A stretch of 64,000 nucleotides of DNA, taken from the NCBI RefSeq assembly GCF_040938485.1, contig NW_027271913.1:1302001-1366000 (forward strand). Reading direction: 5' to 3'. Numbering within the stretch: position 1 is the stretch's first letter; each line of letters begins with the position of its first letter. A program made the translations under genes and the position numbers. The stretch comes from Diadema antillarum. Its lineage: Eukaryota. Below, one piece after another: positions 13,241-25,500 of the stretch. The notes below the pieces were generated by a model. The model worked only from the letters and a program-made list of their open reading frames with translations. It did not search any database and was not told the origin of the DNA.

Positions 13241-15247
13241 ATGGCAGCTCGCAGAGTAGGAAAGTCCGTCGTTGACTGGGCAGCATTTGCCGAAAGAGTT
13301 CCTCCTAATCAGAAGGCACAGTTTAATGCGCTGAAAGGGAAATTTGACTCTCTAAATGCCAGGTGAGTTACAACCCGTGCACTTGAAATATTAAGCAATT
13401 TATACGTAGTCCCACTCACCTAAAACAGTGCGGTATGTAGACTACTTGCTGTAGACCACGGATTCAGACACTTGCGCCTGCGTAGCCATGATTATTGTCT
13501 TGATGACCTACTAACATCGTTAAACTTATTGATGAAGGTATTTGTTGGGATTACCAGTGGTCTACCAATGAATGGATTTAAAGATTGTACACAGATTTGC
13601 AGAAACACATTAAATTTACAAGAACTTGAAAAAGGGGTTACGTTGCCGTTGTGCGTTAATTTTAAAGCAAGTGGCCCTTGATTCGGCAGCTTCCATGAAT
13701 AGACCACTCTTACAAATAAAAATTCCCTGAAATTCATGAATAAGAAATGGTGCATATCAAGTGCGAAATTCAAACTATGTATGCAACTACCTCCACACGT
13801 GTTCCAAAGAGCACAATAGTGCGCCACGTCGCCGGACCCCCGAAATGATTGTCGCGACCCTCCCGGGTCAGCTCGCATGAGCAGTTCAACGGTTAAGTAA
13901 CGGGTAAGTAAAGTTGCATAGCAACACATATTCTATAGACTTGTTTCATTCCAAGTTTCAAAGTTACTAGTCCGTTTATCTGCATTGAATCTGTACAGTG
14001 TGCGCGTGTACACCTACATGTACAGCCACAATGGCAGCCGTTTTTGTTTATATTTTGCATGCCACCCGTGCCAGAATTTGCGGCATCGCCATGGTTTCGA
14101 TCACAGCGTGTTGTGTATGCGTTAAATCTCTTGCACAGCATGGAGTACGTGGAGTACCTCGCTCTCGTAGTGCGATGTACCATACATACAGTTTCACCCG
14201 CACATGGCACGCGCTCTACATTCACATAGTCATAGGCAGGGCGAGCACACAGAGCACTACGTCGCGAATGTCGAAGCGCGGGCATATGGGGTCAAACAAT
14301 GAGTACAGGCGTTCAAACGATGATCGCAGACGCGTGCGCAGGCGTTCGGATCATGCATGCTATTTTGCTTCCGCAATTTAGGATGTCGAACATTGGGTAA
14401 CTTGCTTCACCAGTTTGATGCAGAATGATAACTGTAACCGTTAGATGTTGTGGTTGAATCATGGGCCATGGGAGGCTTGCACTTGCGTTAATATGATCGT
14501 GACATGAGTGAAATTTCAGAATCCTAGTTAGGTCATGCCTGGGTACCTTACCTCCTCGACCGAGGACAGTTTTTAATGCAAGTAAATTAGATGGTGTCTG
14601 GTGAGGTAGGTGAAAATGAAATGGCAGCTGAGCTGTAGCAAGGGTAAGCCTACCACTCGGTCACCTACCGGAGTGGAATTTGGTCACTTATCACTAATCA
14701 CAAGCCAGCAAGTTCTGTTGTCACAACACATGCAAATCACTCATTTCACATACTAGCACTGGCTTGGGTCCTAGTCCAGAGTCCTGCTAAGCAATGTTGT
14801 GGGTAAGTCGGGTCATCAGGCCATCTCCTGTGGTAAATCTGTGCCTGTAGAGGCAAAAACACTTTGTCTTGGATCAGATCGATCAGATAGCTTAAACCCT
14901 GCATAGGACATTAAATGGAGGTCCTGAGAGAAATTGTGAGAGGGAGCACTCGTGGCCCATCCATGACTAAAAAAAAAGGGGGAAAAGGAGACCTCTTCAC
15001 TTTCTGCAAAGAGCAAGGTATGGATGCAAATCCAGCAAAGTGGTCTGCTCAACATACCTACAAATTTTACTCCAGACACGGAGGAATGATCCTGACCCCT
15101 CATGAGTCAGGGTTTGCCCCAAGCAGCCATCAGCAAGCTATCCATGCCTGGGTAGCTTTCTGAGTTAGCTGCTAAAAAGATTACCAGGTACTCTTCCAAG
15201 TACCACGTACATGTATCTTAGTGTTCATTGACTGTTACTATGATGTA

Positions 15248-15297
<50 letters not shown>

Positions 15298-18200
15298 ATA
15301 CCTAAAGGCTGTTGACCTTCAGCTGAGAAAAGGAAAAGTGTTATTTTTTCCCAAATGTTTTTTTCCAATCATGCAGACTATCCCAAACACCAGAGCAGGC
15401 TGCTCCAGTTGACTGGAACACCTACCGCAAGACTGTCCCTGTTGCAGGGCTTGTAGACAAGTTTGAGAAGGAGGTAAGTCTGAAACCACTTCTGTAGAAG
15501 TGGATATTTTGGCATAAGTAATTTTTTTTTTTGCGCTCAGCTGTGTAAGATGAATTTGGTGTGTTTTTGATTCTGTGGAATCAGATAATTATATACTGGA
15601 ACATATGGCATGCAAAAATATTCGGGTGCTTTTATTTTCACGCTAGCTTCTTAAATGTGTGAAAATTTCCACTTTTACAGTAATATCATTTTGCCTAAGT
15701 AACATACATTTAACACATTTTAATTTCCCCTTCAGGATTTCTATGCAGTGTTCTAGGATGAGTCTTAGTAATAACTATTTAATGTAGAATACTCATAATT
15801 AAACTAAGAAAAAAAATCCTGTTGCATACATATTCAAAGGAAGATCTTGATTTGCGTGATACATCTATGTAAGTATTTAACTATAAACACAAATGTGTTT
15901 TGAATGGAGTTCAGTATATATTTCATATTTATATGGAACTAACAATCTTGTGGCATGGGCCTTGTTTCTCACTGACTGTGTTTATAAGTTTATTTGCGTT
16001 GACTCAGATGTGATATGCTGATCTTGTTTTGTATTTTGCCACTAATGAATCTACTCCATACTAATCAGTGATATTCTTCTTGTTATTTACAGTTCAACGC
16101 TCTGAGTGTCCCCTACCCAGCTGACACAGCATCAGACTACATCAACAAGCAGGAAAAGTCAATGGTAATGAATCTATAATTCGTGTTTCCCACGCTGTAA
16201 TCAGTTATTTTAGGACTTATTGCATCCAAGATATGAACATGTTCTGTCTTGCACATGCACACACACACTTTTTGTTGAAGTTGGAAGGTTTTCACTTCAA
16301 GAAAGCTTAAATTTTCAAAGTCAAATTTCCATCCTGCACATATTATTTTCAAATATGAGAAAGTGATGGAAAGGGTAAGTCCCAAGAGTGATAGATAATG
16401 ATAATGTAAACACAATTACTGCAGTATATAATAATAATGCCTCTAAGACATGAATTATCAGACACTTTTTAGAAGCTCACTTTGACTAGCCGTTTGTGCC
16501 ATACATATTGTGGTGTGTGCAGTGGGTAAAAACTGTAATACTCTAAAACATGCCATATATTACTTAGAGTATGGAAAGTCAAAACAAATCTCAACTTTGT
16601 TTTTGTCTGAACTGTCATAAAAATTGTAGCATTTAAAAGGGTGCTACATAACTTCTTTTTTTTTTAACCCATTTGCCCTGTTGGGCAATCATATTTTCAA
16701 ATTGTTGCAAAAAACTTGCCTGAATATGAATTTTACTTGCCCAAAAAGAAAAACAAAAAATATATGAAAATGATATACAAACTTGCTTTTGAATGAAGGG
16801 CTTGGTAAAACACAATCATTTGAATAAACAGCACACATTGATTCACAAGCTTAAACACATTGGAGTATCAAACTTAGATCAAACGAGTGTTGGTATTTCA
16901 ATGCATTGGGGCTTCTTCACGTCAATGTTGGAAACTTGCTGGAATGAAATTAAAGTGCGTTGCATTACTAAACAGTCATTATCTTTGGGCTTCTGTATGG
17001 TTGACTTCGTGGGTAAGTAGGGCAATTTCAGTAAAAAAATATAAAAGTGGCCTCAAACCTTTCTACTTGCCCTATTCGGGCAAGTATTTCTTCTTATTGT
17101 TTCAAAACACTTGCCTGACTGTGATTTTCACTTGCCCTGGGCAGTCAGGCAAGCACTTATGCAGCACCCTGCACTTAAGTATTTTGGTACAGTATCTTTT
17201 TTTTTACATTTATGTGCTATAAACAAGCAAAGTTCAGTGAAGTTGGTCCAGTATGAGGTATTAAGTTTGCGCAAAAATTCTTCTTTTTACAGTATTTTAG
17301 GGAGAATTGAAATGACATTGCTGCATGGTTTTCATTTCCTCTCATTACTTCAGGACAACACAGCTGCAGAGTTTGTCAAGGCATCCAATACTCGCATCAC
17401 ACAATACCAACAAGAGGTGAGTTGTGAATGTTTACATGTCCCATAATATGAGGAGGGCATCATATGTAAGTGAAGCAATCTTTCACAAACGTCCTCCCCC
17501 CCCCCCCCCCCAATTGTTCTGTGTTGTGTGATCTATTAATGACATTCAGTAATACATGAGCATGTGCCACATTTTAGCGCTTCAGTTAACAATGAACAAA
17601 GACATTTTTATTACCAAAAGTATGATATTGTTAATTTTGAAGGCTTCTTCTGTATTTAGTAGTCTCAATAAATGAAGTGAATATCTTGCAAAAATGTTAT
17701 GTAACGTAATAAAGTCTTGTGCTTTGTATACCAAGTTAGCCTTCTTGTCAAGTCTATTTGGTGTGTGTGTGATGAAGAACCTCTTTGAGGCTTTACACAT
17801 TTGGGCTTAAAACTGCAAAATAGCTGATGATGAAAAGTTATTCTTACATTGGTGATTCATAACAAGTTTCAGGAAAATTTTACTTGTTGTATTGAACATG
17901 CAAGCAAGGTGTTCATTTTCCTTGTCTCCAAATTTCAAGTTGATTTCACTTTTAATTTTGAGGCTAAGTGAGAGGTCAACAGAAGAGTAAGATCCAATCC
18001 ATGTGATCTGTTTGTTGTTTTTCTTGTTCGTGCTAGTTTAGAATTGTATATTCATTGCTTTTTGGTCACATTCAAAAACTACTATGATGTAGCCCTAGAG
18101 GATGTGTTTACAGTGCGCTCCCATTATAACAAACACGGTTATAATGAAATTCCAGTTACAACGAAGTAAAAATTCAGGGTGCAACAATATCTGTGCTTTG

Positions 18201-18552
18201 TTATTTATTGTTTATTTTTTCGGTTTTAACAAAATTTTGATATAACAAAAGAAAATTGCTGGTCCCGAGGACTTCGTTATGATGGGAGTCCACTGTACTT
18301 TATCAAGAGTGCAGGTGTGTACTCGGATGTTCTGCAGTGTCTGTCTGTGTCTCTTAGTTCTCTTGATGAAATGTTGTAATCACCAACCTCCTGTCTGCCA
18401 CCTGTCATCACTTTGTCTAGGTGGACAAACTTCAGAGCATGACCCCGTTTGAGGATATGACGGTGGAGGAGTATGAGCAGATGTTCCCTACCAGCAAGAA
18501 GATGAAGGAGAAGTACCCATGGTGGCCCCACTTCCCAATCTGGGAGTTATAA
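13241..18552 (+). CDS. ATP5PD: ATP synthase peripheral stalk subunit d, 161 aa; exons 13241-13362, 15377-15473, 16093-16164, 17354-17416, 18421-18552
   Basis: Translation MAARRVGKSVVDWAAFAERVPPNQKAQFNALKGKFDSLNAR|LSQTPEQAAPVDWNTYRKTVPVAGLVDKFEKE|FNALSVPYPADTASDYINKQEKSM|DNTAAEFVKASNTRITQYQQE|VDKLQSMTPFEDMTVEEYEQMFPTSKKMKEKYPWWPHFPIWEL*. All introns are GT-AG. Exons of 122+97+72+63+132 = 486 nt. The DW..F/Y and PFE.MT.E motifs and the C-terminal YP.WPH are typical of subunit d. Confidence 0.97.
15249..15295. repeat. (CA)n microsatellite
   Basis: Direct reading. Confidence 0.95.
15491..15682. mobile_element. MITE copy related to 50970-51166, in ATP5PD intron 2
   Basis: CTGTAGAAGTGGATATTTT ... 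AAAATTTCCACTTTTACAGTA. Confidence 0.65.
16637..17171. mobile_element. hAT-like MITE in ATP5PD intron 3
   Basis: Ends AGGGTGCT(A/G)CATAA in inverted orientation, repeated ACTTGCCC/GGGCAAGT motifs, and a degenerate 8-bp flank match (catttaaa/cacttaag). Confidence 0.5.
18111..18295. mobile_element. Tc1/mariner-type MITE (185 bp) in ATP5PD intron 4
   Basis: TA|CAGTG...CACTG|TA with a ~20-bp imperfect TIR. Confidence 0.75.
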
Positions 18553-19072
18553 CCTCAGCATCCTGCTGACTCCATTGTCCGGAAGAAAAAAAAATTCATA
18601 GAGTTTTGATTGATCCTTCCAAAGGACTTAACTGCAACAATGTGTTGGTCCATATCTGAGCTTTAGGAGAGTGAATTCTTATCAATTCACTGAAACAGAC
18701 ACATATCCTTGTTACCGACAAGTTTGGTCCATGTCATATCCTGGCATGTACCTTTGCCAGCTCCTGGTCTTAGCCTAATGAATGCAGCATCGGCTGTGAT
18801 GTTTCACATTTGTAAATGTTTATGTGAAAATATAGAGTTTTATGATATTTATATCACTTCTCAAAATGGAATTCAAATTTTATGGACAAATGTCCTTCAT
18901 TCAGACCATAAATGATTAATCCTCAGAAAAATCATACACTGCATGACAAGAGAAGGTACTGTTTGCTTTTGTCACATCCCAGGTGGGGACCAACTACTGT
19001 ATTGTATAGCACTTTGGCAGAGATTATTTGTTGTGCAGAATGCCATTACAACATATTCTATTCATTGCGTGG

Positions 19073-19078
19073 AATAAA
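19073..19078 (+). terminator. Candidate polyadenylation signal of ATP5PD
   Basis: AATAAA about 520 nt after the stop codon, followed by GT/T-rich sequence. Confidence 0.5.
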
Positions 19079-20217
19079 GTGATATAAATTAAAAGAAATT
19101 TGTAGATGTGTCTTGATAGGTGACTCTTTGTTACATTCACTTACTTAAGACATGTGAATTAAATGTGAATCAGGAATGATGAGAGATTTTTGATGTTATT
19201 TTAGTTACCCGAAAGCACTGGGAACATAAGCAATAGCAGTGTTGATCCTCACTTTTCGCTCAACTGAGCTAGAGGTTTTTACAATCGCTCACAAAGATCT
19301 AGCCAGCGCAAATATATGCACATGTATATACATGTATGTATATTTTTTTTTGGGGGGGGGGGGGGGGGGGGGGGTGGGGGGAGAGATTAGAAAAATTGTT
19401 GAAACATCTACAATTTCATTGGTCTGGCTTTACTCATTTGAATATTATGAATGTAACGAATATAACTTGTACATAATATTGTGAATATTCTATATTATTT
19501 TGTAGCTGAAGAGCAAACAACACAGAAATTCTTATTTCTGTGGTGAAATGTATAGCACATGGAAAAGCTTGTGTGAACGTTTTTGCAAGGAGATATGTGT
19601 GTGTGTGTGTGTGTTTTGTATGTGTGCATTGGTATTTACATCATGAAATAGTGGAGCAATATAGATATGATAGATACATGTAGATGCATCAGAGCACAAC
19701 TGATTGACTACACACACACACACACAACATCAATTTTCTAATAGAGAGTAACTTCCACTCAGAGATATGTTCAAGTTTTTTGTTTTGTTTTTTTATTCTA
19801 AAACTGTTATATGTAACATACAAATGATATAAAGTCTGAAAGAGAATATGAATCTGATAAGAATCATTATTTTCTACTTAACAATAATTATTATTACAAT
19901 GTTCAAATAGTCTGTTTCTTGTTAACTGCTTTACCTTTTAGTACAGTCAACCTCGCCTAAGCCGAATCTATATGGACTGAAGAAATAGCTTCAACTTAGA
20001 AAATTTGTCTTATGAGGAATTAGAATCAATTAAGTATAAAGAGAAGAGGACTTGAAAAGACCTTCAACTTATTGACAAATGTTCAATGTACAATTGTAGT
20101 ACACTGGATATCAGCAGCAAGTAGAACTACGCAGGGCTTAATTGGAAGAAGTAGAAAGACATGGCAATCTTCAAAACATAGGGTTGCACCAGTGGTTAGA
20201 TGTCCTTTAAGCAAAAG

Positions 20218-20440
20218 TACTGTATACGCCATATATTTAGCAAGTCAAAATTTTCACGAATCTGAACTTCCCGACGATTTCGCGAGTGGTTAAATTTGTG
20301 ATCATGGAGCCCTGTACGTACGTCACATTCATAGCATGATCAGAGTCAATATTTTCGCATGTCTTTAATTTTGCGAATTGCACCTGACTCGCCAAATTTG
20401 TGAAAATAAAATCCTCGCGAAATATTCGGCGTATACAGTA
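20218..20440. mobile_element. TACTGTA...TACAGTA MITE family copy
   Basis: 13-bp TIR TACTGTATACGCC and internal TTTCGCG motifs. Confidence 0.8.
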
Positions 20441-21423
20441 TTCTGTATCTGAAAATTGTTTGTGGAAGTATACTGTGAAGTGAATGAGAAAGAGAGGGGG
20501 TGGGACATAGCAAGTGAATGAGACTACATTGTATTTTGGTAGAGTTTTAAGAAGAACTGTAAAGACAACTCTTGTCTTTTTCACATCACAGTCCTTCAAG
20601 GGACTTCACAACCACTGGGTGCAACCAGAAAACCTTGTAACATTAAAACATAACACAGAAAGTTTCAGCTATGGCAAGATAAGCCCATTTCAATGAACAC
20701 GATGACATTTAGTCACATTTCACACAGGATTTGGTCCTCTTCTTGTAAGTAAGAGTTTAAAGGAAGCTCATAATCAGTCTGTTTACCTTATGTCTGTCCA
20801 TTGCACTTTCACCATTTGACATTTCTGCATTGTCTCAACTCATCCTCTTTTGAGACACAGAACCACAGAACACACGTAGGATAAAAAAGATTTCATCACG
20901 TTTTCAAGACGCTTAATCCCACAGTAATGTATATCAAACAAAATGTATTAATGGCACTTCAAAAATTACTGCACATGCCTGCACTATATCATATTCAGCA
21001 CATTTAATATTTCAGTGCATCTTACAATGGAAGCACAGTGGCAGCCAACACTGCCCTCAGCAGTGACTTGCTGAAGCCACACTAATATCACAAATTCATT
21101 CTGCCACATCCATGGATAACAAACTGAGTGTTTGCATACAGCCTCACATGAGATATAGCAGAAAAAGACTAAGGAATGAATTTAATCACAATATCCTGTG
21201 ACAACTCATATTATGAGCAGTAAAGAGGGATTAATTTATGAATCTTTAAATGGAACAATCAATACATATGTATTGGGGCAGAGAATGGACCTTCATTGAA
21301 GGACAATCACATGCTAATTGCAACTGATTGACAAAAATATGGAAGAATTTTATGAATTTGAATAATTACGCAGTACCGCTGCATGCTATAAGGATTAGAA
21401 CCAACACTTGCTGTCGGGCGAAA

Positions 21424-21500
21424 GCTTGGTGGTCTAGTGGAAATGACGCCAGTCCAGAGATCAGGAGGTCATAGGTTCGAATCCTGCTCGAGTATGTACG
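21424..21500 (+). mobile_element. tRNA-like SINE head
   Basis: A box TGGTCTAGTGG (21430-21440) and B box GGTTCGAATCC (21474-21484); the cloverleaf stems are weak. Confidence 0.6.
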
Positions 21501-22548
21501 CCCATGATTTTTTTATCATGGCTACTATGTACTTAATCACTGATCAATTCAGTGCTTCTTTATGTCATGTCGACGTAGGGCAATTTGTCAATCAGTTGCA
21601 ATAAAAAAATCTCGACGGAAGAATTTCATGAAGTTGAATAATCACGTGCTACTTGAAATATTGGGTATGAGGTAGTCTTTAATCTCTACTAACTTGTTGC
21701 GTACTGGCCAGAAGCACCAGATTTAGCTTTCTTTGCCTTCTTTCCTCCTCTGGTTTGGACGGTTTACAAATCATTGCATTGGAGGATAAAAGACACTACA
21801 GTGTATAGAAAAGGGTTTCTTTTTCATTTCTTTTTTTCTTTTTTCTTTTTTACTACACACTATCTAATTAATGTTTAAAAAAGTACCTTTCTATTTACAA
21901 GTTACCGAGAGCTCTGTGGTATGACATTTGTGACTGTTCATAGATCCTATGAAAACACCAAGATACATTTCCCTTGTCAAATACGCTTCTTAGCCACATT
22001 TCACATGGTAGTAAATCATGGCATTGGTTTTTACTTTAGACTGGACAAAATTTCCTTACGAATTTGAGTTATTTCAGGTCCATTCTGTTTCATCAGTTTT
22101 TGGACAGAATATAGTGTTTCTGGGGGAAAAAAAGATACTGTGGACTCATACACTGAAACTATTGCTCCTGGGGAAGAGGTAACAGTTCATTAGTTTAATT
22201 TTTAATGGTTAGACTTTAAGAAACCTGGTGTATCTTGACAAAGTCTCATATAAAAGAAGTCCCAAAGACAATTCAAGTCAAAAAAATATACACTATAAAT
22301 ACAAAATATATATGCCAGAAAATTAAGGGCAATTGAAATACACAGAAACACTTCTTTTCCAGAAATGCCATAGGCAGTCGAAATATGGGTAAGTAGGATT
22401 TTGCTTACAAAAATTATTACTAGCATTGCCTGTAAAATCTAATACAATGATATTGCCCCTAGTTACATTTCAAAGGTGTGTACAAGATGGACAAGTTAAA
22501 GACAGTTAAGTTTTAGCCGCTGTAAGTGCTGGCAGAGATTGGTAGAAA

Positions 22549-25500
22549 TCACATCTGCGAAGACTGGTGACCTAACAGCTGTTTGGTTCGTCGACTGATG
22601 CTAAAACAGTTCTCCAGGGCAGCAGCATCTCTTGGGTCAGATGGCTACCAAGTGAAAGATGAGAAGAGAAGGAAAAATCAGGAAGAGCAAGACTGATTTC
22701 AGTGCTGCAGAAACATCTGCACAGTGCAAACAAGTCCTAAATTTACATATCTTTGAACCTTCGAAATCAACTTCTCTTCATACAATTAAGTTTTGTAATC
22801 GCTTTGTTCAGTCTCTCTGTTCTGAGAAGTTCTTTCATTCGTCCTGCATCCAACATGCAGCAATTCAATCTCACTGGAGTCAATGCACTTTGCCAAAGCT
22901 GAATGTCAGGGACTGGTGAATTACCTTAACTTCAATAATCATACACTAATACATGATACAATTACCATACACTTTTTTATTTAGGTCTGAGAAGGATTTC
23001 AACTGAGGTAGACGACATTCAACATAAGTGACTTAGACTCACACATAGAAGTGACTGTAGTTACTTCAATAGGTCCAAATGGGCTGGACACAAGGAAAGT
23101 GGACTCTATCTTCAAGTCTTCAATGGACTTTAACACAGGCAACTGAACACCAAAATAGTGGCAGCTGAGCTTTGTGACCATCGTTACTTACCTTCCAAGA
23201 ATGTCTTTTTGTGGCTTCTGTCATCTCTTTGATTTCTGCTTTGACCTTGACAATGTTGCGCAGTGCTGGACGGACCGTAACACCATCTTGTTTGGGTAAA
23301 CTCCTACAAGAAGGAACAAATGCTGATTTGTGAAACATGTGTTTGCCTTTACAATGATGAATGCACATATTCAACTTCATTAAAGTTCATTTGAGAATAT
23401 CATCATGTTGAGTCATTTTCATTCATTGTTATTGTTTTGTCTGCTCTAAAATTGATCACCTCCTCCCTCCACCCCCCCCCCCCCCCCACTGGAAAAAAAA
23501 AATGGTTTGAAAATGCTTTTATGTGAATGGTCCCAAATTCCAAGTATGACAACAACAAATATGCTGGAAGAACAATTTATTATAAGAGTAATTATCATAC
23601 TAACCCTTTGACTAAACTGTTGCATTCCTTTCCCTATACAGTCAACCTCGGATACCTCGAACTCGGATAAGCCGAATATCGCTTACCTCGAAGGCAAAAT
23701 GAAAGTCCCGATTGTTCCTATGGAGTTTTCGTGTGTTAAAATTTGCGTAGCTCGAAAAAAACTAACTCGAAGTTCGGTTACCTCGAAGGGAAATCTCATG
23801 TCCCGATCTTAATTAACTTATTGTTTTTCCCAGCATGTTGCTCGAATTGAAATTGCAAACATCACTCAGCATTTCTGATGAAGCGCGCGTGGACAGCGAA
23901 GACATGTCACAAATCTTTTCACACTCGATTGTAAATATTCTTAGCCCCCAGAACGATCGTGCGCTCAAAGAAATACCCGGTACACAGCAGACAAGGAAAA
24001 TCCCCAACACCTACTGTACCTACACACGTACACGGTATGCGTATAGCAGCCGTGCAAATGGAGTGCTTACAATAGCACTACGCTCTGCCCATCATCTTTC
24101 TTTGACCACTCTGTTTTGATTTGCGATCGTGATACTAGTATACCATAGTCATGCCGTGCGCGTACATTTCTTAACCGTCGTGGCGCACTTGCTGAGGTGT
24201 TGACAGTTGTATCTTTGGCATTAATCACGGTCCACTGTCCAAACATCAGTCTCCCGCTAGTGTTTTTTTTTTTTACTTTTTTTCCTTTCACGAAGTTTGT
24301 TTCATTAATTCTCCGCCGAGAACGCAAGCTCTGAATATTCTTTTTTTCCAGCAATGCGATTATGAAAATAGTGTGGTACTAAGTAGTATATGATCTGAAA
24401 GTATAGGCCTAGCATAATAAAGAATAGTATAGATATGATTTAACAACAGTTTATTCTGATAAATTTCGAAGTAACGGAATAATATGCTTTACGATTTTCA
24501 GACAAAAAAAAAAAAAATCATCATGTATTTTACCCCTGTTTTGACTTGAATCTTTTTTGAGTTTTCGGTATTTTTTTTTTCTTTTCTTTTCTAGCACAAT
24601 CGTCAAGGCCCCCTAAGATTGTTTCGCTTTTTTTTTAATGCGAACAATCCTCTTCGGTAAATGTTTATGATTACAGTAATAGCACTGTCCTCAGAAGCCA
24701 TAGCCGGAATCTGATCTTGCAATATTACTCACTACTCAAGTAGCCCATCCTTCATGTACTGTGCTGCACTTATTCAGGGCTCGACACTTACAGTGGCCCG
24801 GGGCCACCAAAACGCACGTCGGGCCACCAAAAAAAGTTGGATGTTTGCCTTTACTTTTGGAGATAAACAGCGGTAACAATCGGCCCCGAAAGTTGCTGCA
24901 ATGAATGTCAGATGATTGCTTTTGATTTTGGAAATGAATAACAGTAATATTCGACTCCATATACGATACTAAAATAAATGTCGGATGTTTGCTTATACTT
25001 TTGGAAATGAATAACGGTAAGATTCAGCTCTGTACAGTGCTTAAATTAATGTCAGATATTTGATTTTGTGTTTGGAAATAAACAAGGATAACATTCGGCT
25101 CCGAAAGATACAAAAATAAATGTCGAACGATCCCTTAGACGTTCGGAAATGAATAACAATAGTATTCAACTCCGTATGACGTTTGCTTTTATATTTGAAA
25201 GTAAATAGCAATAACATTCGGCTCCAGAAGATGCTAAAATAAATTTCGAATGTTTGCTTTGACGTTTGGAAATAAATAATAATATTCAACTCCGTACGAT
25301 GATAATATGAATGCCTGATGTTTGCTTTTACGTTCGAAAGTACATAGCGATAACATTGAGCTCCGGAATAGGCTAAAATGAATGTCGAATGATCCCTTTT
25401 ACATTTGGAAATGAATAACAATAACAATCAACTCCGTACGATGATTAAATAAATGTCGGATGTTTGCTTTTACTTTCGAAAGTAAATAGCAAGAACATTC

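Noticed and set aside
14915-15163. 82-aa plus-strand ORF in ATP5PD intron 1
   Set aside because: No recognisable motif or flanking splice signals; it may be a decayed repeat fragment.
22770-23181. Alternative last exons for the Macro-TIR gene (22999-23181 ORF; LWQSALTP.. frame near 22900; GGKKAKK.. near 21740)
   Set aside because: They have weaker polypyrimidine tracts, the wrong phase or an implausibly short intron compared with the acceptor at 22644; they are not fully excluded without RNA data.
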